A stretch of 64,000 nucleotides of DNA, taken from assembly GCA_951804945.1 (NCBI GenBank), contig OX638154.1:67952001-68016000 (forward strand). The letters run 5' to 3'. Below, one piece after another: positions 38,550 through 52,218 of this stretch. Position 1 is the first letter of the stretch; each line of letters opens with the position of its first letter. The notes beneath the pieces were generated by a model. It was not told the DNA's origin and did not search any database. It saw only the letters and a program-made list of their open reading frames with translations. The stretch comes from Podarcis cretensis (taxonomy: Eukaryota). Made by a program: the position numbers and the translations under genes.

Positions 38550-40045
38550 GGCAGATGAACTGGCAGATGTGATCTCAGAACCACTGGCAGTCATCTTTGA
38601 GAATTCCTGGAGAACAGGCGACGTCCCGGCAGACTGGAGGAGGGCAAATGTTGTCCCTATTTTCAAAAAGGGGAAAAGAGAGGACCCAAATAATTATCGC
38701 CCAGTCAGTCTGACATCAATACCAGGGAAGATTCTGGAGCAGATCATTAAGCAAACAGTCTGTGAGCACCTAGAAAGGAATGCTGTGATCACCAATAGTC
38801 AGCATGAATTTCTGAAAAATAAGTCATGTCAGACTAACCTGATCTCGTTTTTTGACAGAATTACAAGCCTGGTAGATGAAGGGAATGCAGTGGATGTAGC
38901 CTACCTTGATTTCAGCAAGGCATTTGACAAGGTGCCCCATGATATTCTTGTAAAGAAGCTGGTAAAATGCGGTCTTGACTATGCTACCACTCAGTGGATT
39001 TGTAACTGGCTGACTGACCGAACCCAAAGGGTGCTCATCAATGGTTCCTCTTCATCCTGGAGAAGAGTGACTAGTGGGGGTGCCACAGGGTTCTGTCTTG
39101 GGCCCGGTCTTATTCAACATCTTTATCAACGACTTGGATGATGGACTCAAGGGCATCCTGATCAAATTTGCAGATGACACCAAACTGGGAGGGGTGGCTA
39201 ACACCTCAGAGGACAGGATCACACTTCAAAATGACCTTGACAGATTAGAGAACTGGGCCAAAACAAACAAGATGAACTTTAACAGGGAGAAATGTAAAGT
39301 ATTGCACTTGGGCAAAAAAAATGAGAGGCACAAATACAAGATGGGTGACACCTGGCTTGAGAGCAGTACATGTGAAAAGGATCTAGGAGTCTTGGTTGAC
39401 CACAAACTTGACATGAGCCAACAGTGTGACGCGGCAGCTAAAAAAGCCAATGCAATTCTGGGATGCATCAATAGGAGTATAGCATCTAGATCAAGGGAAG
39501 TAATAGTGCCACTGTATTCTGCTCTGGTCAGACCTCACCTGGAGTACTGTGTCCAGTTCTGGGCACCACAGTTCAAGAAGGACACTGACAAACTGGAACG
39601 TGTCCAGAGGAGGGCAACCAAAATGGTCAAAGGCCTGGAAACGATGCCTTATGAGGAACGGCTAAGGGAGCTGGGCATGTTTAGCCTGGAGAAGAGGAGG
39701 TTAAGGGGTGATATGATAGTCATGTTCAAATATATAAAAGGATGTCATATAGAGGAGGGAGAAAGGTTGTTTTCTGCTGCTCCAGAGAAGCGGACACGGA
39801 GCAATGGTTCCAAACTACAAGAAAGAAGATTCCACCTAAACATCAGGAAGAACTTCCTGACAGTAAGAGCTGTTCGACAGTGGAATTTGCTGCCAAGGAG
39901 TGTGGTGGAGTCTCCTTCTTTGGAGGTCTTTAAGCAGAGGCTTGACAACCATATGTCAGGAGTGCTCTGATGGTGTTTCCTGCTTGGCAGGGGGTTGGAC
40001 TCGATGGCCCTTGTGGTCTATTCCAACTCTCTGATTCTATGATTC
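38550..40045 (+). mobile_element. CR1 LINE, 5'-truncated (RT domain and 3' UTR), young
   Basis: [52 protein letters not shown] and CVQFWAP. One frameshift in the G run at ~39076-39080. Tail gattctatgattct. Probable 6-bp TSD TAATCT (38544-38549, 40046-40051). Confidence 0.95.
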
Positions 40046-41813
40046 TAATCTCTAAGGTGGACAGCCTCAGTCTTAAGTGATATATTCAGCAAGCCACTTG
40101 GCAACTTGACATGTGAGGGGTTGATTCTGCATTCTGCAGCCAAAACCATTGAGGTCATGCTGCATGTCAATCTTTGCCAGCTTTTTTTTGGTCCGGGTGG
40201 GGAGCAGAGCTTTCCCCCCAGTAGGATTTTCTTGCATACCCTTAGAATATACTTCCTATAGGGATACTTCCCTGTTTCTGTAGGTGATATGTAGTGTTAC
40301 ACAATGAAGCTGTATGGAAGTCAGACATTTTACTAATAAGGGTGTCATTTTTCATGAACATTTCTAAATATTTTAGATATTTGTCTGGACTTTAGAGCAT
40401 TTAGACTTTGATACGTGCATTAGGAGCGCAGGAGAACCCTGGGTGTACAAGAAATACCAATTCTTTCTGTCTCAGTTTTAATTGACTTGGTCAACTTGCA
40501 TCCAAGCAGTATCACGTCAGACTACAAGAGGAGGTGAGTGCCCTTTTATCAAGTTAGTCTCTTTACTAAGTACACCACCCAAACCCTGTACACTGAAAAC
40601 TAGATTTCATTGAGAAGAGTTTGAACCTAGCATTCACGTGAGAATTTAGCTTACCTGGGCGCAAGAATGTTTCTCCACAAACAAACATTCATTCATGTAA
40701 ATTCCCCAGTTTGCAACCCTGAGGTGTTAATCTGTGGCATAGCTTTACCACTTCAGTGACAACTATCTGGCTGCAATGGAAGAAACTAAGGTTACGTTTT
40801 CAATGACTAAGACTCAGTCTCAGTGAGTGGCTTTTCTGCTCCAATTCCCCAGATAAAATTTAGACCTGCAGGCAGCAGTCTTCATTCCTATTCTGTTCTA
40901 GCAACGCACACAAAGAGCACAGATTCTTAAATAACCAGCAGAAGCACATTCACTGGGGAGCTACCAAACCTAAACATTATGTTACACCTAAATTGAGGTA
41001 AATCATATAGTTATATAGATGTTATTGCAGAGTTCCCAACCAAACTAAAGATAATCCAAAAATCGCTTGATGCATGACGACAGAAAATTGTCTCCAACCA
41101 ATTCAGATAGAAAAACAATATTACTTAGATGTGAAAAAGCTTTTGAAATGTAGCTGTGGTAGCTTTCTCTGCAAGGCAGGAGCAGAATCCAGTCAGCTGT
41201 ACATTGCATTTTCCAAATGCCGCTCAGGCTGCTTATATGCAATTATATTAAATTCATACATGCCATCCCATTATCCAATTTAATCTGATCAAGCAAAGCT
41301 ACTGTAACTCATCAACCCCCCCAGCCTCACATACAAGCTTTCTCCATTGCTTTCCCCATTTTCATTTTCACTATCAAAAAAGATTAATAGTAAAAAAAAA
41401 CCCTTGAAAGTGTGCATTTGGGCATGACTCATTCAAAGGAAGAGACATCCTTAACTCTTCTCTTCCTCAATGGAAGTCTGAAAGTGTTCATTTTGGCTGC
41501 AGTATGCTCCTTTAATCTGCAATGGGTCATCCTGACCTAGCAGTTCCTTGTGGTCTAAAGAATAACTTTATGCAGTGCCTTTCTGCTTGGGGGAGCTGTC
41601 CCATTCACTTCAGTAGCCACTGGAGTACATTTAGGCTTCTGAATCAAGGCAAGGAGTACAAGTACGTTGTTAAGAACATAAAGCTCAGTTTCAATGGGAC
41701 TTTCAGAGGATTTCAGTAGGACTTGCAATGCAATCCTATAAACACTTACTTGGGAGTAAGCACCATTCAACTCAGTGGGGTTTGCTTCTTGAGGAATGTC
41801 CTTCACTATAGAT

Positions 41814-43400
41814 CAGAGTTCCCCAACCTGCAGCCCTCAAGCTGTTTCTATACAGCTCCCTGGCTGCTGCTGTCACCCTCCTGGCTTTTTTTCTGGTCTC
41901 CAAGCAGCTCCATGGCTGTTTCTGTTGGGCCCCTGTTATGTGCCGGCGTGGTTGCTCGAGAGCAAACAGGCAAGACTCCCACCTGTCTTTTCCAGGCTTT
42001 ATTATCTGTACAAAAACAGTTACAGTGCAGAGCGTCTCAAGTCCATGTCTGCTCAGTCGCTAGCAGAATCTGGGAGTGGGCGGTCCTTAAACCTTCCCCA
42101 GCATAACAGTCTTTTGACCCCCATCCTTCTCCTCCCCTCTCTGTGCGCAAACCGACTGCGCAGAGAGGGCATTGGCAAAGGGGGACTTGCCTCCCCTCCG
42201 CTTTGCTCAGGCTCGGTGTGGCAGCTCTCTCTAGCATCTTCTGATGCCTGCATCCCTTCCCCACTGGAGGCGGGGCTTTCCTCCTCGCCGGAAAAAGAGC
42301 TGCTTCGCATGATCTTCGGAGGCTCCCTGTAACACAACTGCCCTTCCACTTCTCGCCTCTGAGCTGATGGCAGTTACCGGTACCTGACAGCCCCCTTCTG
42401 GTCTTCTCCAAACTAGCATTCGCCAGCCACCAAACTTCAGAAACACATTCACTCAGCCTTCTCACTCCCTGCCCCCTCACAGTACCATGTCCGGGGGCGT
42501 TTTATGTGTGTGTAAGAAAGAGAAAGCAGCTGTGTGAATGGGTACTTTCACCTTTCATACCCATTCACTTATCTGCTTCAGCTCCCTCTTTTCCAACCTC
42601 TCTCGCCCGCTGTAGAGGGCTTGGGGGGGGGGCAGAGTGAATGGATATTTGCACTTTGTAGGAGCAGCAAAACTGCTAGTTTGGAAAAACGGGCAAAGAA
42701 TTGGTTGGCAGAAACAATAGCAAAGCCACTCTGAAAGCATAATAAACAGCACTCTTCCTGGTGTGTTTTTGCAAAGGGAGGGGAGGGACGGAGCGAGGGA
42801 GGGGGGTTAACTTATTTTTGCCAAAAAAAAAAAAGGCAGGAAAAGGACAGAAGAGAACACATAAAATATGCACATTGAAAATATACACATTAAAATGGGC
42901 TTGAGAAAGACAGAAAGAGATATTTTCTCAAATTTTTCTCTCAGAGATACATGCAGAATACAGAGTTGTGTTCTACCCTGAAGAAGTCAGGCAGCATAGC
43001 AGAGGCAAAGTCCTCAAATGGTTTTTTAGACTTTGTTATGTCTTTTTTGTGCAGAGAGGGAAAGGTCAAAAAGAACTTTCTGACCCTGAATGGATTTTTG
43101 ATTTGGCTTTCTTAACTGATACCACAGAGCATCTGAACACTTTGAATCTAAGGTTGCAGGAGAAAGGGAAAGTTTGTGTCTGACATGTATTCTTAGTTGA
43201 AAGTTTTGAAGCAAAACTAAACATTTTTATGAAGCAAGTTAGTAAAGGTAACTTTTTAAACATTTCATGCTGAAATGAACTAAAATCTGAGGATAGGAAT
43301 TCACTATTCCATGTCAAAAGATATATCAAAGCACTAAACCTATTGCAGGTGGAATTCCAGAACAGATTTGACTGATTGCCACAAGCATGGAAACACAGTA
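41814..43400 (+). mobile_element. Old hAT (Charlie/SPIN/GTF2IRD2-like) element: putative left end and transposase core relic (~42940-43400)
   Basis: EVRxxSRGKVL...LSDPEWIFDLAFLTDTTEHLNTLNLRLQ...FEAKL is recognisably hAT transposase. TIR-like CAGAGTTCCCCAACC at 41814. That these two pieces belong to one element is inferred. Confidence 0.65.
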
Positions 43401-43429
43401 ATAATTTTTCAGAATGTATTTGAAGATGC

Positions 43430-44090
43430 AAATGACCTCCCCAGGGTGCAAGCGTATGGGCAGTGCGCATGGATATCCTGGGCTGCCCAGATGACAAGAC
43501 ACCCCCCTCTTGGCCTCACTGATGCAATCCAAAGGAAAACAGAGTTAATACATTTGGCACCAGCTTGGTTACAGGAGATGCTGGAAGGAGGCATATAAGG
43601 CGTCCTCCAACCATCTTAGGGACTCCACTCCAGATTTATGTAGAGATTACTCCTTAACTTGCTCTTCTCCAGAAGATACCCCACAAGGCAGAGGATGTTT
43701 AGGACCTGGGTTTTCCTTCTCCTAGATGTGCTACTTTCCCAGGTTGATGAGCCCCATTTGCCCCTCAGGACCCTCTACAGCATTTGCAGAAACTGCCTTC
43801 TTGTCTGATGGATCCACTATTGTTCTGATCCGCTCAATCCACTGGAGTCTGTCTTAACATGCAGGGGAAGTCCCTGACTCACCAAGGGTTTGAGACCCAT
43901 TCACTGCCCTCGCCTGATTTAGCCAGCCAGCCAAAGCCGTTCCCAGGATGTGGCCATTGCCACATGCTGACAACTTCCAGGAGCCACAGGTGAGAGTGGG
44001 ACCCAAACTACCCCAGTCAGAGCATGAAGTGTCTCCCACCAGAGGTAGTACCCCCTCCCCCAACACCCATACATTCCACGCACAGACCAA
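43430..44090 (-). mobile_element. Probable RTE-clade LINE 5' region fragment
   Basis: The reverse strand contains gggtctcaaacccttggtgag, ctaggagaaggaaaac and ggagtggagtccctaag...ctggtgccaaatgta, resembling recalled vertebrate RTE 5' UTRs. Not verified. Confidence 0.45.
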
Positions 44091-45469
44091 TACAAAGTCT
44101 GCTGAATTTTTTCCTGGCCTGCCTGATCAACCTAAATATATTCAATGCCGGAATATTCACTGTCTTTGGAACCAGATAATCTATGAACGATCTTTTTCAA
44201 TGATGAAAACTGTGAAACCCATGTAGGTCAAGACTCACAGGTTAGCATTTACATGACATTTTAAGGGGGTTCATCACAAAACTTAATCTGAACATCAATG
44301 CCTTAGCTAACAGAAAACAGCCACAGAAATCACACTGACTAGGTAAGCATCTGTAGCTAAATAAGAACACAAGCGAGTCAATAGCACTTAGATATTGTTC
44401 CAAAATGGAGTGAGTTCAGGATAACTGACTTTTTACTTTTGACCTTTATTAGCAGGGACCCCTGAAACCTCTCACTGCTAGGAGATTGTGGTGCACATAA
44501 CAATAGCATATACTCCTGTTTGTTCATCAGATGACCCTCTGATGTTTCTAGACAACACCTGGAGCCTTGAGTTGCCTTTTCTGCAGTGGAAACAGATCAA
44601 AATGTTAACACAGTACCCCAAAGCAAAATGCATATTCCAAGAAAAGGAAGCCTTCTGTCTTGAATCTAGCTGACACTTATATCACTTATACTGTACCAAT
44701 AAGGCTAGAAAATATATTTGCTGGACCATTCTTCTGACAATTTCTTTAATTGAAAAACTGTGCGTGTATCTGTAAGTTAATGGCTATAGCCCAGCAAAGC
44801 ACTTAAATTCATGAGTGACATGAAGCATTTGAGCAGATCAGAGCAAATATCAACATATCACATATTTCTCCAACAGCAGAAATATTAAGCATGACCACTA
44901 ATTATAAAATGGCAGGTCGAGTTATAGGTACTGAGAAAGTACAAAAAGGAAAAGAAATTCATGTTATCAACAACTAGAATCATCACTGCAATCTAGATTT
45001 AGTGTTACCCAAGGAAAGCCAATGGATCCAATATTTCATTGCAAACTGACAAAAATGCACTTAACCTTACAAACACATGGCTTATAATACTTCAAATTTC
45101 AACGTAGCTATATATAGGGCTGTGTCTCTTATAACTTTAATGCTACCTACAGCTAACAGGCACAGTCCTAGGTATGACTACTCAGAGGTATGTCCTACTG
45201 AGTTAATGAGTATGGCATTGCAGCATCAATGTATTTTGATCTGAACCATGCAAAATGTGATCTGTATATAGTTTTAGATTGAACTCTTTTTTCCCCTGGC
45301 TACAGAAACCATCAGCAATACAATTTCCATTTCTAGATAGCCTGGCTTGTGGGGTCCCCCTTCCTTTAAGGAGGAGTAATGTCTAAAGCATGAGGAAGAA
45401 CCGGAATTCAGGTAAATCAAATACAGACTTTGTTTTCTTGAACCAAGGCTTTAGCCTTGCATGAAGCCA

Positions 45470-45620
45470 AGAACATAAAAAGAGCCCTACTGGAACAGGT
45501 CAAAGGTCCATCTAGTCCAGCATCCCTTTCTCACAGTGGCCAACCAAATGCCTCTGGGAAGATCTCAAACAGGACCCGAGTGCAACACCACTCTCCCTAT
45601 TTGCAATTCACATTAACCAG
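45470..45620 (-). mobile_element. CR1-tailed SINE/LINE 3' fragment
   Basis: aagaacataaaaagagccctactgg...catctagtccagcatcc, the same family as 52686-52850. Confidence 0.55.
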
Positions 45621-45765
45621 TAGGAGTGATCCTTCATCCTTTTCAAACTTCATACTCATTTTGAATGCAGCCCGACGCACAAGAGCCAAGCTTAATTGTC
45701 ATGGAGCATGTGCTTGCCTCATGACTTATTAACATTTTGCCCATAGAACACCCACAAATTGTTGA

Positions 45766-46182
45766 CAGTGGTGGAGCGTAAGCTACTGCTGCCCGGGGCA
45801 GGCACACAGGCCACACATCCGAGGAGTTCAGGGGACAGAGGGAGCTAAGGAGAGAGGCGGCAATGGTGCCGCCACTCTGTTCCACTCCGTCCCCGGGTCA
45901 GATGTGACCCAGAAGCAGAGCTGCAGCTGGGCAGCCCAGATGAAGAGAGGGGTGGCAACGCTGTCAACTCTCCTGTACTCAATCCCCGGTTTAGGCTTGA
46001 CCCAGGGATGAGCTGCTATGACTGGGCACAAGGGAGGTACCTCGGCAGCTGCTTCACACTCCAGAGTCAGGCTCCTATGAGAGAGTGTGATGTGGGAGTG
46101 CCTGGTTGCACCCCCTCCCAAAAATGTGCCTGGGACTACAGCCACCTCAGCCACCTCCCCCCCCCCCAACACTACGCCAGTG
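45766..46182. mobile_element. Old DNA-transposon MITE (CAGTGGCGTAGC-type TIR, probably hAT)
   Basis: CAGTGGTGGAGCGT ... ACACTACGCCAGTG imperfect TIRs around a GC-rich body. No clear TSD. Confidence 0.45.
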
Positions 46183-48449
46183 TCTGCATAATACAATTTG
46201 TATCCCATATAGAGATATGCTTAAAGGGCCCTATCCATGCAGTGGCAATTGTCCAATTGTTTCCAAATTAAATGAGTACACCAATTATAAATTAAAAACC
46301 ATTTACCTTTGCTGTATCTTCTCTTGCAGAGTGCTTAACAAAGAACTATAATTAGGACGAAACTTGCAATAATTAGAGAGTAAGCACCTTGTTCTGTCTT
46401 GTAACAGTTTTATGGCCGCTGAAATTCTTATGTATTGTACATTTTTGTTTAAACATCAACAATTGTCATTTCCTGCTCATAAAATTTGACATTTCACACA
46501 AAAGCCCACCTAGGATACGTGCTCCACAGATTAACTTCAACCTTTGGTCTGAGAGAATGAATCACATTTTTCTCATTCTGGAATATTTGAGATGAATTTG
46601 AACTTAATGTGGCCTAATCAGCCATTTAGTGAATTGCTGGCCAATTTAGCCAGATCCTTTAAAGATATAATTAGTCCCTACAGAGACAGTCAACTTTATT
46701 TTAGTAGAAATGCTAATCATTTCGAATTTGGTCAGCCTAGCTGTCAGTGTATGCCCTTGCTCACAAGGCACAGTCACTGCTTCCCCTGTGAATGTACAAT
46801 GACACCTCATCAGGATACAGGAGATAATGATCAAACTGGGTACAATACAAATTGTACTTCTGCTCAGGTTTCTCCAGCAACTCGCTACTGTAGTGATAAC
46901 CCAGAATTCCATGCTTTTAAAGCGTTGACCTTGCATGCTTACTTTGGTCATCTGCTTCACAAAGCAAACAGCTATTTGAACTGGTGATATCTAGTGGTTG
47001 TCTTAAAACAGGAAGCAAGGAAACAGTCCTCTAGGAACTCACTTCCTAAAAAAAAAAGCACATTGTATTGTGTTGAAGCTGAGGCAGCTCCAATTAGTAC
47101 CAATACTTGGAAGTAGTAGAGGCATAACGAGTAGACTCTCCCCTAGTTTCCCCTTCATATAGGCAGGTTTTTCATTGGGCCAACAGTTAGCCAAAACCAC
47201 ATCTCCAAAGCTTTCAAGTCTATTTCATCTATTGGAACCATCACATGGAAGCCTTGGGAACCATTTCAGCATAGGTGATGTAGCAAACCGTCATGTGTAA
47301 GAGTCATCTAACACAAGGAATATACACACGCTATGTAGAAAGTCAGAATAGGGGTAATGAATGTTAATGGTCAACATATGAATCTGCTACACTGTAATGA
47401 AGACAATGCTTCTGCACAATATGCCAGATTAGTAAACATACAAGGATATTTAAACAAAGAGGTTTTGTCACTACACTTTCTTTTCTAGAAGAGGTGTCTT
47501 CTCACCGAGTTGCTATAACACTTAATGGAAACAAGCAACCCTCTGTCCTATGGTTTTGCCTATTTTTCTAATTAATGCTTCATTTCCCCTTCTGTTAGAA
47601 GTATTTGGGGACAGAAGATTCTGCCTTAGTACTAGATGTTAGAAATACAGGATGCCTTCTTGGCTTTTATTTTTTCTTGACTATATTTCTGAGATGAATG
47701 AAAGGAGGCATTTATGCAGCTGTACATAACAAAAGCAATCTACAAACAAGCACTTTCACAGAGCTTTCAGCTTTATTGCCTATATAAATTCCTGTAATCC
47801 AACAGTACCATGGAAAGGTATTTTGATGATTATGACAAAATGAAATAAGACAGTAACCCTGTGGTAACTGGAGAGGCAAGATCAGAAATCTGTACATCTT
47901 CCTGCTCCCACAAGCATTGCTCTTAATATTGTAGTCAAATTTTAGATCCCAGCATACCAGCTGCCCGTTCCTAAACTAAATGTTAAGAAGTTAAATTATC
48001 AGACTCTATCACAGCCCCACAGGGAATGCAGTTCTACAATCTGACAAAGCAGAAGCTGTTGGGGACAGCAAGAAACCCAGCCAACACACTTGGCCCAAAG
48101 TACATCTGAGAACCTTATTTCCCCCCCAGCAAAGCCACTTCTCTCTTGAAAGCTAATGCTTTCAGTATCAAGCATTGTTCCTGCAGGCAAATGTCACACA
48201 TTCATTGCTACAAGGAACTGTTATCCTGGGTAGTGCTACCACACAGAGAGGAATGAAGCAGCTGGGCACCCTATCCCTGCCATCCAAGCTCTGACCGTCA
48301 AACTCATTCCTAAATGGCTGCATCTGAAGATACTGTGTCAGCATTTGAAAAAGAACAACCAGCTAAAATATTGTTTCATTAACCAGAGTTGTAACTATCG
48401 AAACACCAACTTAAATGTTCTGCTTTTGATTGATATTAAATGAATATTA

Positions 48450-48777
48450 AAGGTAAAGGTACCCCTGACCGTCAAGTCCCATCATGGACAACTCTGGGGT
48501 TGCGGCGCTCATCTCGCTCTATAGGCTAAGGGAGCCGGCGTTTGTGCACAGACAGCTTCCAGGCAAACCAGATGAGCACATAGAAATGCTGTTTACCTTC
48601 CTGCTGGAGCGGTACCTATTTATCTACTTGAACTTTGACATGCTTTCAAACTGCTAGGTGGGCAGGAGCAGGGACCAAACAATGGGAGCTCACCACCTCG
48701 CAGGGATTCGAACCACCGATCTTCTGATCAGCAAGCCCTAGGCTCAGTGGTTTAGACCACAGCGCCACCCGTGGCCC
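48450..48777 (-). mobile_element. Sauria SINE with an internal deletion
   Basis: Tail aggtaaaggt, head accacagcgccacccg, and 13-bp TSD TAAATGAATATTA / TAAATAAATATTA. Confidence 0.88.
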
Positions 48778-50122
48778 ATAAATAAATATTATTACAATAT
48801 TAAATTGATTTTTGTGACACTTCCAACATATGGATAGGTTTTTTTAAAATTTTATCTTATGTATTGTTGCTGGGGTGATACACGATCTATCCATTATCTT
48901 TTAACAGTTCAATTTATTTATCTGTTACATTTATATCACACCTTTCCATAAAATATGCCAGTTGCAGCTAGACAGAAAGCCATCATGTTTTCATCCTGGT
49001 TTTCAAAACACCTGTCAGCTTTAAATACAGACAGACAAAAAAACAATCACTGGACTTTCTTCACCATCAAATGTAGATGGAGCTAACACATTTGTGCCGT
49101 GAATTACCCGTCAGGCCCACCAATTAATCAGTGTGAACATTTTAAATCACAGATAAAGTTTTCATTCCTCAATCTACACTTTAAATCTTGATTTCAGCCC
49201 GAAAAACACATTAATTGCAATATGAACACATAGGTGACAATTTTCTGTGCAGTCCATCTCCCTGCCTCCTGCACCGGATCATGATGAGATAGAAATCTTC
49301 AGTGGAAGAAATTTCTGAGCATCTGGAAGGTAATCCTTTAGGCACTCGAAAACCAGAGCGTAAGCTTTTCCACAATATTGAGACAGGCAAAGATTGAGAA
49401 CACTTGCATATGGTTTAATGCCAAACAGAAAAATATTAAGGTTGCCCGCACCCTGCAGCTCTCTAGAATTTATGGTCATGTGCTCAGTTCCGTTTTCTTC
49501 GGGCAGAAAGGAATAGCGTAACACATGCTGATTGCTAAGAAGCCAGAGCATGGAAGAATTAAGAGATGAACCTCAGCAGCTTGCTACTTCGCTTTCACTA
49601 CACGAAGTGTGTGCTCCTGTTATCCCTTTGCTCTTACTAATCAGTGCCAGCAGCTTCAGTGGCAAACATCTTACTGCTGCTAACAGCTCAACAACAGGAC
49701 AGGCAACTGGCAGCCTCTGGGCTCAATCTGGCCGCCAGCATTACCCCAATCCCCAAGACCACCACCCCTAATTATGCATCTCACTGCTCTCTCAGAACTC
49801 TATTCAGAGGGAGCAGCTGAGACGCATAATAAAAAGAGGGCTTTGCCAAAGCCTTCCTTGCTGCTAATGCTGGAGAGGAAGGGATTAGAAAGGACTTTTC
49901 CTAAGGCTTAGTTTGCTGGGGGGTGGGGTGGGACTAGCAATGAAAATCATGTTGCTGGCTCAATTTAAAAAAGCATATCCCTGTTAAAAATTAGTTGCTC
50001 TACTACATGATATTCAAAGAGCAAGACTGTAAACGTGACATCTCTCACATCACACTATAGACAATCCAAACTACTACAAAAAGTAGTAAAGCAATGTGCT
50101 TGCAGAACTTCATGTGCTTCTA

Positions 50123-51118
50123 TGTCAGGGACTGGCAGGGTGGCAAGGAGTGGCTGGCAGAGGCCACGGGGCCGGATGCTGACCCAGGGAAAGTGGGATA
50201 AAGATTAGGAGGGTTTTGTACCTCCCACCAGGCAGGAGCCAGAGCTGGAAGGAGGGCAGGATGCACCAGGAATGGAGGAAGAGACGGCGCCTGAGAGAGA
50301 GTGGTGGTAGAATCCCCTCGGTCCCTTCCTACCCCAGAACCAGGAAGGGCTTGAAGAGACAGTGTGATGGACTGGCTGGACACAGAGGAATGACGGAAGG
50401 CACTAGCTGAGGAACTCCCAAGGGACAAAGGCTCAGAGCCTAGGGATTAGTGGTGGGACGACAATGAATGGTCACAAGGAGAAGACAGAGAAGCCTTGGA
50501 GCTTCAGAAGCTGAAGAGGTAACAGGGTTTAGCGAGCAGGGAGAGGCTACGGCAGAGAGAAGTCCACAAGCAGAAGCTGAGGTGGAAGCAGGAGAGCAGG
50601 GATGCCAAGAATTCCCCTTCCCCCCGGTCCTCCCAGACCAGGAAGAGGAAGGAGCAGAGACAGGTGTGTCGGTGTAGTCTCAGATTGCTTGGGAATGACC
50701 GGGGATGTGTGAAGGAGATTTAGGCAGCTATGGGGAGGCAAGGGCCACTGAGCAGGCCTTGTTTCTTCTAATACAGAGTTAACTTCACTTATTCCGCGTG
50801 ATTTATTGTTGGCTGGCTCCCTGGCAAGACAAGCACAGCAGCAACCTCTGTGTACGAGATGTCATAGGTTACTTCTGTGCGCCCCATCAGACAAGGGTAC
50901 TTAATTTGGGTGGAGACATGGTTACACTGTTGCTGCAACCATCCAGTTCAGAAGACAAGCCTGGGGAAGGAATGTCAGCTACTTAGTCGCCAGAAGCGTA
51001 TATGCGTGTTCAGTGCACCTTAGGAGCTACTGTAGGTATGTGCTTTGTCAATAAAGAATGAAACTACCAGTCGTTTGTCCATCTTGTGATGTGTGCGCTC
51101 GGGAAATTATCCTTGAAA
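50123..51118 (+). mobile_element. Solo LTR (outer), interrupted by a nested LTR
   Basis: Starts TGTCAGGGA and has AATAAA at ~51050. The sequence is continuous across the nested insert. Right end approximate, TSD not found. Confidence 0.6.
50363..50826 (+). mobile_element. Solo LTR (inner), same family as 59057-59667
   Basis: TG...CA termini flanked by AGACAG / AGACAA. Shares tgtgat..ctggctgga, gaagctgaaga.gtaacagggtttag and gagttaacttcact with 59057. Confidence 0.72.
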
Positions 51119-52218
51119 ATGAGAATGGAGATCATTACAGGCTTTTATTTTATTTATTTTTACTTGATGCAGAGAATTGCACACACAGGAACTTTCATTC
51201 GCATGCCTCAATATTTCAAGGAACTTTCACACTGCATCATGGTTTGTCTCTTTGCTAACAACCCTGGAAAATGCAGATGCAGAAATTCAGTTGGTGCTCA
51301 TACCCGATACCCTAGATATACACCAAAATTCATTCACATAATCTCCACGTTCAATGGAATTAACACATGATAAATCAATTTACAAATGGAATGCTAAACA
51401 GGCAAGTTAAACCAAAGGAGTCACTTTGCTTGGCTAATGAAATTTAAAAGGGGCACGAAAATAAATGAAGCAGTATATAAAAAGCAAAGAATGGCAACTT
51501 TCAAAAATCAATAATATGTTTTGTTGTATACCAGTGGGAGCACAAGGATATTCATAAGCTAAACTGCATAGAGATCACAAGTGTGTGTTGCTCAACACAG
51601 TATAAATACTGGGCTTATATAAACACTCTTCATCAGCTAAGCTAACAAGTTTTCAAACCCTAACATAGTTAATCTAATTGAGTATTTCTCTAGTGAACTG
51701 AGGTTTATTAAATCTTAAATGCAATCTTATGTAACTATCTAGCTTCTGTGCTGTCCCTATGAAGAGGAATCCCATTTGGGAGAAGAGGGGGGAATAAGAC
51801 AATCACTATGCCGTAAAAAGACTACATTAGTTGTTCTTTATGCGTTTGAAAGCAACTTTTCCCCTCAAGATGTCACTGAGTGGCTGTCGAAGAAGAGCAG
51901 ACTTTGTATCTAAAATTGAGATCCCTCAAGAAACAGTTACCTCAATTGTGGCAAGAATAAAATGATTTCCCCCAACCCTACCCAGTTGTCTGATTTCCCA
52001 TTTTGTTTTTGAGCTTCATTTTCCTATCCTATGCTTAGGTGTCAAGAGGTCTGGCAAAAAAATAACCCAACTTCCACCACAGGGCAAACAACTGCTTGGA
52101 AACTAATGTGTGTTAAACACCCCAGCGCCCATGATCTAAGCAGACTGGCAGTCCTTCAGAATTGCAATTCATTTTGTTTGTTTTTAAATGGAAATATAGC
52201 ATAGGTCTTTCATGTAAT

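Noticed and set aside
41723-42480. 127-178 aa ORFs on both strands
   Set aside because: GC-rich subterminal region of an old hAT element, with no domain motifs.
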